From a virus (Duplodnaviria > Caudoviricetes): a stretch of DNA of 37,621 nucleotides. The stretch is from positions 1-37,621 of IMG/VR virus record IMGVR_UViG_3300037518_000033, one strand, 5' to 3'. The notes below the pieces were generated by a model. The model was not told where the DNA came from. It was given only the letters and a program-made list of their open reading frames with translations, and made no database searches. This document shows positions 16,720 through 27,400 of the stretch, piece after piece (the first letter of the stretch is position 1; each line of letters begins with the position of its first letter). Made by a program: the position numbers and the translations under genes.

Positions 16720-17124
16720 ATGGCCAGAAATATGGGGATACATTTCGCTTACAAAGGAAGTGCTCATAACGCCATAGAAAAGTGGACACAAGCTTTAGAG
16801 AAACAGCTCAAGGAGTATGAGGGTGATCTTGTTGAGAAGTTGGAGAAGGTTCTCAATGTAGTTGAAAGGGTTAGTCAAGAACGCATACCGAAGGATACTC
16901 TAGCAGCACACGATTCTTTTTATAGAGAGGTTGTGAAAGAGGGTAATAAGATTATAGCTAGAGCCGGATATGATAGGCCGGGGTTACTTCCTTATATTGT
17001 GTATATACATGAGTTTGAACCCATAAACGGATTTAAGACGCATGGTACGACTGTAAGATTCCTTTCAGAAGGTTTCCAGCAAGCGAGCCAACAGATTGAC
17101 CAGATATTAGGAAGTGATAAATGA
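16720..17124 (+). CDS. Neck protein (HK97 gp10-like)
   Basis: IPKDT..AHDS, YIVYIHE, RFLSEGF pattern; synteny. Confidence 0.65.
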   Translation: MARNMGIHFAYKGSAHNAIEKWTQALEKQLKEYEGDLVEKLEKVLNVVERVSQERIPKDTLAAHDSFYREVVKEGNKIIARAGYDRPGLLPYIVYIHEFEPINGFKTHGTTVRFLSEGFQQASQQIDQILGSDK

Positions 17125-17552
17125 GTTTTGTATCAGACATTAGATCATTCCTAATATCAGAAGGAACAGTTGCAGCTAATACTGTCTTTCTAAATTCTTC
17201 TCCAGCATTCAGCGATTTAAACGACGACACCATTCTTGTAACACACACAATCAGTGGAGAAGTTGGTACAGATAATCCCAAGTGGGCGAGAGGGAGTAAG
17301 TTTGTTAGGTTTCACATTAGAGGTCGTAGCAAGAATCAAATGCAAGCATGTGAGACTGCTGCTGAGCTTCTATATAACAAACTTTTAGGACACCCTAGTG
17401 TCCAAGTGGGTACTTTTATCTATACCCAATTCAACGCTATCGAGTCTCCCCGTTTCGTAGGTTTCTATGAAGGTTCAGAGCCTAGTTACGCATTCACTTT
17501 AAACATAACGCAAGAAAGCCTCACTAACCTCGGTAATAGGCTGGCATTTTAA
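17121..17552 (+). CDS. Tail terminator / tail completion protein
   Basis: 143 aa directly before the tail tube gene; FHIRG pattern. Confidence 0.65.
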   Translation: MSFVSDIRSFLISEGTVAANTVFLNSSPAFSDLNDDTILVTHTISGEVGTDNPKWARGSKFVRFHIRGRSKNQMQACETAAELLYNKLLGHPSVQVGTFIYTQFNAIESPRFVGFYEGSEPSYAFTLNITQESLTNLGNRLAF

Positions 17553-17577
17553 CTTTAAACTTTAGGAGTTTATACAA

Positions 17578-18630
17578 ATGGGTACTGAAGCCAAATTAGT
17601 ACAAGTCAGCCGAGATGGTATTGATTACGTTACACTTCCGGGTAGCACTGCTGAGATTTCTCAGGAAGGCGCTGAACTGGAAAACACAATTTTCGGACAG
17701 AAGTTCGGTTCTACTTTTACTGGTATTATCGACTGGTCTTTCTCTGGCAATGCTTGGCTGCGTCAACAAGCTGGTTATGAAGTTTCTCTGAAGCGTACCG
17801 GTGACGCTGTAGCGTTTACTGATGAACCTCTGGCTGTTGAAGATGGTCTTATTTATCGTATCGTTGATGAAGATAAATCCTTCTGGGATTATACAGCAAC
17901 TGTTACTGTTGAAGACAATGGTATTGCTGTAGACGCAGAAGATATTAAAGTTATCGACTACATCATGGGTCGTGTTACTTTCGTAGATGGTTATTCTGCC
18001 GCTGGCCCCATCACTGCTTCCGGGGATTATCTGCCCGTATCTGAGTTTGCTAATGCTAACAGTATGACTCTCACTCAAAGTGCTGACACTATTGAGACTG
18101 GTAGTTTTGAAACTGTTAAGGCTAATGGTGGTTTTCAGAATTATGCAGCTACTCTGCTGACAGCGTCTATGGACTTGGAAGGTTTCTATCGTGAAGATAA
18201 CGACTTCTACTCTATCCTCAGTGGTCGCGCAGATATCCTTGTTGAAGTAGACTTCGCTGGTGATGGCCAGACTCTTGCTCGTGGTGTATTCAAAGTAAGC
18301 TCTGATAGCCAATCTGGTGACGTAGGTGGTGATGAAGTTGAATCTATCAGTCTGTCTCTGTCTGTACCGGATGACGTCACACCTTTCTCTTGGTATTTCG
18401 GCCCGCTGACTACTGCCCCCGAAGGTGCTCAGATTATCCTTGAAAGCTGGTTGAATCGCGAAGATGTTTATGTCCGATACCTACCCAAAGGTGCTGACCT
18501 CCGTGGTTTCGAAGGGCAAGTTGTGGTAACTGACGCATCAATCACCGCTGCTGTGGATTCAATGGTTGAGATTTCCTTTGAAGGCCAAGGTAACGGTGTT
18601 CTCACAGCAATCAATGTAAGCACCGCATAA
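17578..18630 (+). CDS. Major tail (tube) protein
   Basis: 350 aa acidic beta-rich protein, DWSFSG and ISFEGQGNG.L tube-like motifs, AGGAG RBS; followed by chaperones and tape measure. Confidence 0.8.
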   Translation: MGTEAKLVQVSRDGIDYVTLPGSTAEISQEGAELENTIFGQKFGSTFTGIIDWSFSGNAWLRQQAGYEVSLKRTGDAVAFTDEPLAVEDGLIYRIVDEDKSFWDYTATVTVEDNGIAVDAEDIKVIDYIMGRVTFVDGYSAAGPITASGDYLPVSEFANANSMTLTQSADTIETGSFETVKANGGFQNYAATLLTASMDLEGFYREDNDFYSILSGRADILVEVDFAGDGQTLARGVFKVSSDSQSGDVGGDEVESISLSLSVPDDVTPFSWYFGPLTTAPEGAQIILESWLNREDVYVRYLPKGADLRGFEGQVVVTDASITAAVDSMVEISFEGQGNGVLTAINVSTA

Positions 18631-18645
18631 GAGTGCTGATATAAC

Positions 18646-18665
18646 GGGCATCCATTTGGGTGCCT
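18646..18665 (+). terminator. Hairpin after tail tube gene (attenuator or mRNA-stabilising stem)
   Basis: GGGCATCC-ATTT-GGGTGCCT, without a strong U tract. Confidence 0.45.
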
Positions 18666-18696
18666 ATAATTAAAACTAAAGTAGGATATATTGAAG

Positions 18697-19053
18697 ATGA
18701 GCCTGAAAGATAAATTGCGTGACCTTACCCTTGGTACTAAGAAGAACTTTCGTACTGTAGAAGTAGATATTGGTGACGGTGATATTGTTGTATTGAAACA
18801 GCTTAGCCTCGGTGAGCGTAAAGATGTTATGGCAAGCTCCAAGGGTGCTGATGGTGAGCTGGATGACACCAAGTTCTTGATCAACATGATTATCGCTTCT
18901 GCACAAGACGAGAAGGGCGATAAGGTATTCGGTAAAGCTGACTTTGCTACTTTTATGGGTATGCCTGAAGATGGTTTTCTGGCTAAACTCTCAGAGGGCA
19001 TCTTGCAATTGATGAAACCTGTTGCTACTGAGGGAAAGTCACTGGAGGGCTAA
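18697..19053 (+). CDS. Tail assembly chaperone (lambda gpG-like)
   Basis: Lies between tail tube and tape measure; ends with a G GGA AAG slippery site. Start may be TTG 18691 or ATG 18697. Confidence 0.8.
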   Translation: MSLKDKLRDLTLGTKKNFRTVEVDIGDGDIVVLKQLSLGERKDVMASSKGADGELDDTKFLINMIIASAQDEKGDKVFGKADFATFMGMPEDGFLAKLSEGILQLMKPVATEGKSLEG

Positions 19054-19232
19054 CCTCCGATGAAATCAGTATTTGTTCCATAGCAGAAATCTTCCATAAG
19101 CTTCCGCATGAAGTAGAAGAAATCTCCATGGATGAGTATGACATGATTGTTAAGTATCTTAATTATAAGAACAAACAAGAACAGAAGGCCGCTACCAAAA
19201 GTGGCAAAAGGAAACCTAGAGGCCGCCGATAA
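19032..19232 (+). CDS. -1 frameshift extension of tail chaperone (gpGT-like)
   Basis: GGGAAAG at 19032-19038 in X XXY YYZ phase. The -1 frame is open to TAA 19230-19232 (VTGGLTSDEISICSIAEIFHKLPHEVEEISMDEY...KPRGRR). Confidence 0.85.
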   Translation, partial: GKVTGGLTSDEISICSIAEIFHKLPHEVEEISMDEYDMIVKYLNYKNKQEQKAATKSGKRKPRGRR

Positions 19233-19246
19233 CGCGGCTTTTTTTA
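19222..19246 (+). terminator. Rho-independent terminator before tape measure
   Basis: GCCGC-CGATAAC-GCGGC followed by a T run. Confidence 0.65.
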
Positions 19247-19276
19247 TATTTAAATTTTGATATTGGAGAAGGGTGA

Positions 19277-22200
19277 ATGGCTAATACAACTGGCCCACAA
19301 TTAGAAGGCAGCATATCGATAGATACAAGCGAGCTATCGAAGGCTGCTAACCCTCTAGGTAAACTTGCCTCTGAGATGATGAGTCATCTGAAGAGCATAG
19401 ATAAATCTCTCTCTACGCTTGTAGGGAGCATGACTAACGTATCTAAGGCTTATCAGAGCACAGGGAGAGTAGCAAAAGCCGCTGCCGACTCCGAAGCTGC
19501 CTCTGCTCAGAAAGTCTCTGATCTAATGGATCGGAAGGCTAATGCTATCTCTCGTGCTGCTGATAGAACTGCTGCATTAGAGCAACGTATACGCTCATCT
19601 AACGCCTCTCAGAGCGCACAACAAGCTCTTATAGCAAGGGTGAAGGGTGAGCTACAGAATTACGCTGAGAGCATTAGAGAAGGCTCTATGCGCTCCGTTG
19701 AGATGGATAACGCGAGCGCAGGGTTAAGCTCTGGATTAACCCATGTTGCAAGAGAGTTGAAAGAAGCTACAGCCAATACAGGTGACAATACTCGCCAACA
19801 AGTAGCTAATGTTAAAGCACTTGGGCAAGTAGAAGTATCATATGACCGCGTAGCTAATTCTGTCATACAATCTTCTCTCAGCATGGAGAAGCAACAGGCA
19901 CTTCTTGCTCGATTGAGTACAGCATCTGAGGCCGCTAGACAAGCGCTAAAACAGTTTGGCTCTGGTTCCCTAGAAGCAGCAAACGCTCAAACTCAGTTTA
20001 GACAAACAGCTGCCGCTGCGTCTATTGCTGTTCGTAATGTAAACAGTGAAGCGCGTAAGAGGGACTTAGATAGCTGGAAAGCACAGATGCGCGACTTAAC
20101 AGGCTCTGTCCAGTTGGCGTTAGGCCCGCTGTCCGGCGTAGCTTCTCGTATATCAGCACTGTCTGGATTGTTCAGCCGTAACGCTGTGTCCATTGCTGGT
20201 TTGTTTGCTGCTATTACTGGCCTCACTGTAGGTTTCGTCAAGTCTGCTACTGCTGCTACTGCTGCTCAAACTCAAATGCTTTCATTAGAAGGTATTACTA
20301 ACAGCCTTGGTGAGAGTGCTAAGTTTACTGCTCAAGAACTATTTGATCTTGGTACTCAGGCAGGTATAGCATTCCTGACTTCTGCTGGCGAAGCCCGATC
20401 AGCTGTTGCTACTCTAGCTACTTTTGGTAACGTAGGTAAAAGTCAATTTGAAGGTGTGCTTGCTGCTGCTCAGGGTTTGAGTCAGATGGTAGGTGGTACT
20501 CTCCAGAGCAATGTCACTCGTATCGGTAGGCTGCTGGAAGACCCTGCTGCCAACTTCGGTTTGCTTGAGCGGTCTGCCATTAAGTTCGATGACGCCACTA
20601 AAGAACAGGTTAAAACACTTATTGCAAGTGGTCAGAGATTCCAAGCCAACGAACTGATAATGAAGAAGTTTGCCGCTGCTCAAGAGTTGGCCAAAAGGTC
20701 AGCCGAAGGCTTGGACGGACAAGTTGATACTGCAAAAGAAAGACTAAACCTTTTCTTTGAGAATATGTTTACCGCAGCGGGAGCTACAGAAGCCGCTGAA
20801 AATCAACTCTCTAAATTTAACCAGTCCCTGAAAGAATTGGTGGAAGGGAATGCCGGTAAAGTTATTGCTGCTACTTTTACAGCCGCTGTCAACGTTATTG
20901 GTGGGGCTGTAAACTTAATTGCTGGTAACATTAGAATACTCAGTGTTGCGCTAGTAGCTATTGTAGCGAGTGCTGTTACTCCCCTCATAGTGAAGATGTT
21001 ACTTCTGATTAAGACTGTGTGGGCTTACAACGCATCACTCAAGTCTATGACGCTTCTCCAACAGGCAGCAGCTGCCCGTACATTTGCGCTGTCAAAAGCT
21101 GTTGGTCTACTGAGTAATTCGCTAAATCTATTACCGTTCGTCAGAATAGCAACAAGTATCGCCGCAGTAGTTTCTGCCCTGTGGTTCATGCGGAAAGGTG
21201 CTGAAGATACCGGTGAAGAGTTTACTAAGCAAGTAAATAGATGGCAGCAAGAGATTGATAACCTTAAGTTTACATCCCCCTTCGAGAGGGAAGCTGCTCA
21301 GGAAGACTTATCTGGTATTGTTAAAGGCACGGCTTTCATTGCTTCTCAGATGGATATAAGAGAGGAGAGGTTGAAATCTTTGCAGAAAGAAATCAGCAAG
21401 GGTATGCAATTAAGTGAAGCAGGGGGGAGTCGGTTTAAGGCCAAGCAGAACCTAGATGAGCTAAAGATAAGCGCGGAAAAACTTGTAGTAGAACTAGCTA
21501 ATCTGAGAGGGAAGAACGAAGAGCTAGAAGCGTCAGCTGATGGTGTAATCGAAAGAGTTAGAGCACAGGCTACTGAAAACGAGAGACTTGGGTTTAGTAT
21601 GTCCGACCTAATGGACAACTCTAAAAAACTCAGAGAAGAATATCTCAAGGATGAAGTGCAGCTTGAAAATATGAGAGCACAGTATAAGCTCTTAGAGGGC
21701 AATAAGAAGCAGATCGTAGAATCCACCATAGCTGAAACTCAAGCTGGGCGGGAGCAGATCGCTGTACATGACAGAATCCTGAAACAGATAGCAGAGGATA
21801 TTGCTGCTAAAGAACGAGCAATGGATGCTAACAAAGGACTCTCTCGCTCATACGTCAACCTTACCAGAGCTATTCGTGAGGCTGGTCACGAGGGAGAAAT
21901 TCTGAGTGAACTCATCAATAATGAGTTGGGTTCAGCTAAAGCAGATGAACTTGAAATCACTAAGCAAGTTGAACGGTATGCTGATGTAGTTAAGCAAATC
22001 ACTAATGATGATGAATTAGTTCTGCTGGCTGATAAGGTGGGCTTGGCATTTGAAGGAGCTGTGCCGAGTGTAGATGCTCTCGCTGCTGCTTACACAGGGT
22101 ATATGAAAGGTGTCTTAGCTACCAACCAAGCTCTTGAGAGAGAATTAGATGCAACGGGAGAAGCTCGTGGTGTTCGAGATGGTGGTCTTGTTGGTCTTGC

Positions 22201-23155
22201 CGCAATCACTAAGAAATACGAAGATATGCGTATTGCTGTGATTGCGGCTAAAGGGGCTGTGAAAGATGAAGCTATGGCTGTTATTGCAGCTGGTGAAGCA
22301 AAGGAGAGAGCGGCGCTGACTAAGCAGACTAAAGACTTAGTTAGGTTTACACCACTCAGTGAAGTAGAACAAATTAAAGCAGACTTTGAAGCGCGTAAAC
22401 TAGCATTAGCAGAGCTTTATAAAATAGAGAGTGATGATTACAAAAAACATCTGAAGACGATGACAGATGAAAGTAAGAAAGCACAATCATTCGCAGCCTT
22501 TGCAGCAGGAGCACAAGACGCATCTGATGTGGTTGGTGGAGCAATGCAAGCAATGCAAGCTCACGGCAGGGAGCAAACCAGAGATTATCAGGCTATGGCT
22601 CTGGTGCAAGCTAGTATCGCTCAAGGTGTTGCTGTGGCCAAGGCTTTCCAAGAAGGTGGCCCAATCCTTGGTGGCTCTCTAGCTGCAATGATGGCCTTCC
22701 AAGTGGGCAGTCAAATAGCTCACATTAAGAAGCAATCTTATGCAACAGGTGGTCTTGTTACTGGTGCTGGCACAGGTACTTCAGATAGCATTCCAGCATG
22801 GCTCTCTCATGGTGAATTTGTAATGAGAGCTGCTGCTGTTAAGACTTTGGGTATCAGTAATCTGGAAGCCATGAACGAAGGTAAAATGCCTAGATTAGCC
22901 TCCGGTGGCTTCGCTTCTCTCGACGGTATGACCATGAACCAAGGGTCTAGTAGTCGGTCAAATGGTAACAATATAAACATCTACAATATGGCACCGAATG
23001 TAGAAGTTGAAGAGAAAGAGACTGTTGATGCTATGGGTAATAAGACTACGGAGTTCTACATTAGAGAGACTGTTAAAGCTCAAATGGCACGTGGTGAATA
23101 TGACGGTGTTATGACTAATAACTTCGGTGTACAGAGACAAGGGAGAAGACGTTAA
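19277..23155 (+). CDS. Tail tape measure protein
   Basis: 1292 aa, Ala-rich and helical, central hydrophobic segments, C-terminal YATGG.V.G.GTGTSDSIPAWLSHGEFV motif. Confidence 0.92.
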   Translation: MANTTGPQLEGSISIDTSELSKAANPLGKLASEMMSHLKSIDKSLSTLVGSMTNVSKAYQSTGRVAKAAADSEAASAQKVSDLMDRKANAISRAADRTAALEQRIRSSNASQSAQQALIARVKGELQNYAESIREGSMRSVEMDNASAGLSSGLTHVARELKEATANTGDNTRQQVANVKALGQVEVSYDRVANSVIQSSLSMEKQQALLARLSTASEAARQALKQFGSGSLEAANAQTQFRQTAAAASIAVRNVNSEARKRDLDSWKAQMRDLTGSVQLALGPLSGVASRISALSGLFSRNAVSIAGLFAAITGLTVGFVKSATAATAAQTQMLSLEGITNSLGESAKFTAQELFDLGTQAGIAFLTSAGEARSAVATLATFGNVGKSQFEGVLAAAQGLSQMVGGTLQSNVTRIGRLLEDPAANFGLLERSAIKFDDATKEQVKTLIASGQRFQANELIMKKFAAAQELAKRSAEGLDGQVDTAKERLNLFFENMFTAAGATEAAENQLSKFNQSLKELVEGNAGKVIAATFTAAVNVIGGAVNLIAGNIRILSVALVAIVASAVTPLIVKMLLLIKTVWAYNASLKSMTLLQQAAAARTFALSKAVGLLSNSLNLLPFVRIATSIAAVVSALWFMRKGAEDTGEEFTKQVNRWQQEIDNLKFTSPFEREAAQEDLSGIVKGTAFIASQMDIREERLKSLQKEISKGMQLSEAGGSRFKAKQNLDELKISAEKLVVELANLRGKNEELEASADGVIERVRAQATENERLGFSMSDLMDNSKKLREEYLKDEVQLENMRAQYKLLEGNKKQIVESTIAETQAGREQIAVHDRILKQIAEDIAAKERAMDANKGLSRSYVNLTRAIREAGHEGEILSELINNELGSAKADELEITKQVERYADVVKQITNDDELVLLADKVGLAFEGAVPSVDALAAAYTGYMKGVLATNQALERELDATGEARGVRDGGLVGLAAITKKYEDMRIAVIAAKGAVKDEAMAVIAAGEAKERAALTKQTKDLVRFTPLSEVEQIKADFEARKLALAELYKIESDDYKKHLKTMTDESKKAQSFAAFAAGAQDASDVVGGAMQAMQAHGREQTRDYQAMALVQASIAQGVAVAKAFQEGGPILGGSLAAMMAFQVGSQIAHIKKQSYATGGLVTGAGTGTSDSIPAWLSHGEFVMRAAAVKTLGISNLEAMNEGKMPRLASGGFASLDGMTMNQGSSSRSNGNNINIYNMAPNVEVEEKETVDAMGNKTTEFYIRETVKAQMARGEYDGVMTNNFGVQRQGRRR

Positions 23156-23508
23156 TGGCTACTTGGCCAGCTACATTACCACAATCACCTCTGATTAACG
23201 GTTATAACGAAGTACCAGAGGATGCAAGGTTAGTATCAGAAGTGGATGCCGGATCAAGGAAGATTCGGAATCGCTATACTGCTGCATCTGAGTTTGTTAA
23301 TGAGAACTATGTACTCACTGCTGCTCAGTACGCGACACTTAAGAGTTTCTACAAAACTACATTAGGTAATGGTGCAGAGGAATTCACCAAGGAGAATCCT
23401 ATTACGGAGACTGACCTACTCTACCGTTTTACAGCACCCTTTACGTTAGACGCTGTGCAGTTTCCGTTTTATCTCGTAACGCTGCCTCTGGAGATATTAC
23501 CAGCATGA
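23155..23508 (+). CDS. Distal tail protein
   Basis: WPATLP, EVDAG..K.R.R.T and FY..TL.NG pattern; follows tape measure. Confidence 0.75.
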   Translation: MATWPATLPQSPLINGYNEVPEDARLVSEVDAGSRKIRNRYTAASEFVNENYVLTAAQYATLKSFYKTTLGNGAEEFTKENPITETDLLYRFTAPFTLDAVQFPFYLVTLPLEILPA

Positions 23509-24008
23509 GGACTCTATCTACAGATTTTGTAGCGGCTTCACAACAGCTCCAGACAAGTGAGGTCTTCCTCACACTCTTGGAAGTTGTTATCCATGAAAAT
23601 GGTGGCGGTACAACCTTACATCACTTCGTAAATAACAAACAAGATATTACAAGTAATACTGTTATATATGATAAAGCATCATTTGAGATTGATCTAGGAG
23701 GAGATACAGGTGACACAACTCCCCAAACAACTCTACGATTTGATGCGGGGCAAAGAGATATTATCAGGACACTCCGTGAAGTAGACGCTCGGCCTGAAAT
23801 AAATCTGAGTATTGTGTTAGCTAGTAATCCAGATGCGGTAGAAATTGGCCCTATCAATTACGAAGTGGAGTCGTTCCAGATAGCAGATACACTTGTGTCT
23901 ATGACCCTTATTGTCGAACCTATTTTGAACGAAACAATACCTAGTGATACATATACGCCAACCCTGTCGCCCGGTTTATGGGGCAACGTAACAGTCAGTC
24001 AAATTTAA
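23505..24008 (+). CDS. Tail tip protein (DUF1833-like)
   Basis: FVNN..DI, F.I.L, LASNPD.VE.GP and YTP..SPGL; synteny. Confidence 0.75.
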   Translation: MRTLSTDFVAASQQLQTSEVFLTLLEVVIHENGGGTTLHHFVNNKQDITSNTVIYDKASFEIDLGGDTGDTTPQTTLRFDAGQRDIIRTLREVDARPEINLSIVLASNPDAVEIGPINYEVESFQIADTLVSMTLIVEPILNETIPSDTYTPTLSPGLWGNVTVSQI

Positions 24009-24025
24009 TCACACCAGAGGTAACT

Positions 24026-24445
24026 ATGCCCAGCAAGTATGACTACTCACCTTATATTGGTACGCCTTGGGAATCGGGTGGTAGGAATAAAGATGACGCG
24101 TTAGATTGTTGGGGATTAGTCTGGAGTATTTATAATGAAGTATACGGCCTATATCTCCCTAGTCTTAGTGACATACACATAGCAAACGGTTTTACCGAAA
24201 CAGCAGAAGCCATATCCTCCGTATATCCAAGTATACACAAGAATTTCTATGAACCCGATGATACTCAAGAGGGTGATATTATCATGCTCAATATGGCGGG
24301 ACAACCTATACACATAGGTGTGTGCCTTGATCACCAAAGGATGATACACACTACACAGAAAGTAGGGTGTGTTGTTGAGAAGTTCAAACAAAGGGTTTGG
24401 CTTAATCGAGTTGAAGGCATATATCGCCACAAGGATTTTAAATAA
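24026..24445 (+). CDS. NlpC/P60 tail assembly protein (lambda gpK-like)
   Basis: IGTPW..GGR...LDCWGLV, GD, HIGV and MIH. GAGG RBS before ATG 24026. Confidence 0.85.
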   Translation: MPSKYDYSPYIGTPWESGGRNKDDALDCWGLVWSIYNEVYGLYLPSLSDIHIANGFTETAEAISSVYPSIHKNFYEPDDTQEGDIIMLNMAGQPIHIGVCLDHQRMIHTTQKVGCVVEKFKQRVWLNRVEGIYRHKDFK

Positions 24446-27400
24446 TGATTAGAGTTTCCGTACAGAAAACCCTGCTACATTCTCCTTCCTTCTACAATAG
24501 AGGAGAGAGTGAAGTACTGCTGTCTGATCTGGTTGCAGAATATTTAGACGCGCCCGACAACCTGTGTGTAGTTGTGGTGGATGATGTATTCGTATCACCA
24601 GAGCAATTCAGTAATACCGTGATTGAGTCAGGTGATATTGTCTATCTTTCTGTACGTCAAGAATTTGAAGTTGCTTGGTATGTATGGGTGTTGTACGCAG
24701 GTTTAGCTTATGTTGGTTATACACAGTATGAGATGGAAATACCTGATACAGGGGAAGGAGCTAACGAAAAGCAAGTACGCATCAATGGTATGCGTAATAT
24801 CCCTCGTAAATATGAACCACTGCCTGTTGTGTTAGGTAAACACAGAGTATCGCCAGATTGGCTCGCAGAGCCTTATGTAGAAACGGTAGGGGAGGAACAG
24901 TATTATAATTTGCTGCTGTGTGGTGGGTATGGCCCACAAGAGCTTGAAGATTTCCGCATAGGTGACACAGAAGTAGGCGACTACGATAATGTAAATATTA
25001 CATTTACAGGCTCTAGCAATCTCTTTGGTATCCCTTATCTAGTAGGTTCTGCTCAAACATCTACATACGTCAGAAGTGTACAGACTGTTTCTAATCAACT
25101 GTTACGTAGAGCTTGGCCTAATGATATAACACAAGAGAGGGTCAATGTTGAGCTTGCAGAAGATGCCCCTATAACAAGAACAACACAGGCAAGTGTTGCG
25201 GCAATATCTTTAGACTTTAATAACCCAGCAGGCTTGCTGCTTGTCTCCGATGAGAGGCAACGGAATACTGGGTATTGGTTGGATATAACGGCCACAGAAA
25301 CAGATACAACTGACGCCTTTAAGGTGACACAGGTTATAGAATTTGACTCTACGTCATCTACTCGTTATGGTGCGTATACAGGTAACGTGTACAGAGATAT
25401 AATCACAGGAGACTTCTATCTCTGTAAGTTTGGTTTTGGTATGAATGGGAGAGTGACTGATGGTATATCGGGCGCTACTGCTGGTTACCATGCGTTGCGT
25501 GGTACAGATATTACCACCTACTCTGTTCCGTCAACGGGTGCCGAAACTATAGCCATACCTGCGGGGCAAATTAAAAGATACTCCCCAGAAGAAGGTACAA
25601 TCTCTATTAGTGCCGATTGGGCGGAAGCTCCTATTGTCAAATACCCTGTTGCCGATAAAACTAAAAAACCTTTCAGGGTATCAGTTAAGCATGATTTCTA
25701 CGATGATGATACACTAAAAACGTATGATGTCTCTGTAGAGATAAGGAAAGTAAATGGCGCTGACGCTGTTGCTGAAACCAATACACTGGCGTTGTCGTGT
25801 TTCTGGGAGTTGTTCACAGGGAATACCCCTCTTGACACCTCTGGGTGGTTAGAGCTTGTAGGAAATAACAAGCCCGAGAAAATAATAAACGATAGTGGTG
25901 ATAAAGAGCAGGTGTTAAAACCAGTTGTGGTAGCCGTCAGGATTAAGGCGTCTAATCAACTATCTGGGATGCTTGATAAGTTAAATTATAGAGCAACCTC
26001 TATGGTTCCCGTTGATTGGAATTCAGACTGGAGGGAGATTACTACACTTGACGACGAGGACTTAAAAACTACGGAAAATCCAGCAGACATTTATAGGTTA
26101 TTTCTACAAGCACCCTTTAACGCGGTTGCTCTACCTAATGATAAAATTGACTTGGATGGGCTGCTTGCTTGGAGAGACTTCTGTGATTTGGGTGGTGGTA
26201 CTGTTGAGGATGGATTTGCTCCCTTCAGAACATCTGGTTTATTGAGGGAGAAGTCAACGCTCCTTAAAGAACTGAACAAGATTGCTTTTACAGGGCGCGC
26301 ACAGTTCTCCTTTGTGGATGGTAAATACGGTGTTGCTATCAAGGAACTTCAAGATACACCTGTCCAGCAATTCACACCTAAAAACTCTTGGGGATTCTCG
26401 TCTGCCCGTTCATTCCCGGAAGATAACGATGGTATCAAATACGAATTCAGAAATGAAGATGTAAACTACGAGCAAGACGAGGGTATATTTCTAAACCCTG
26501 ATAAAATTGAGGCACAACGTAAGGGGTTGTACAGCTCTGTAGATTTACCATATGTAGCAGATGCAGACTTAGCTACTAGACATGCCCGTTTTGGTTATTT
26601 TGAAAATAGACTCCGCAGAGAAGTATACTCACTAGAAACAGATATAGAGGGTTTGAAGTGTACTCGCGGCGATCTTGTTCGAGTGCAGAATGATATTATT
26701 GACGTAGGATTGAACAGCGGTAGAGTGACATCCTCTGCTGGCACCACTTTTTTCCTCGATGAAACTGACCAGCTTGTTGCCGGAAACACTTATGGAATAA
26801 GTACACGAGGGGTGAATACTCTATCGTCTGGTACAGCTCGTTACGAGGGTGGTCAGGAGTGGACAGTCCTTACCGGCAGCAACCCTGCTGTAGATGATCT
26901 TATCGCGTATGGTACTGCTGGTATTGAGACGCTAGAGTGTATTGTTACCGAAGTTACTTACGGTAATGATCTGGCAGCAAAACTCACGCTGGTCAATCAC
27001 GCCACTAGTTTATTTACGATAGATGATGGTTCCCTCCCCACCTATGAAACAAACCTGACGCCGAGGATTGCATATAAACGTCCCGGAGCACCCTCTCTTA
27101 TACTACCTTCTACTCCTGCTGAGTTTGCTACAGGTGTTGCCCGTATCCGCTTTATCTCCAACTCGGATCAAGACAGCCCTATAAAATTCTTCAGCCTTGA
27201 AGCGGTAAGTTCCACTGTCAATCCAGATGAAGCAATTGATGATAACCAACTCCCTAATCCTTGGAAAGTGATTGGCGTCACTACTGCTGCCGAGGCGTTC
27301 GTAGACATAGAATTAGGCTTAGATAATTTCTGGAAGCTCCGTGGTAGAGCTGTAGGAGAGAATGATCTTTATTCTCCTTACTCAGATGTAGAGAATCTAC

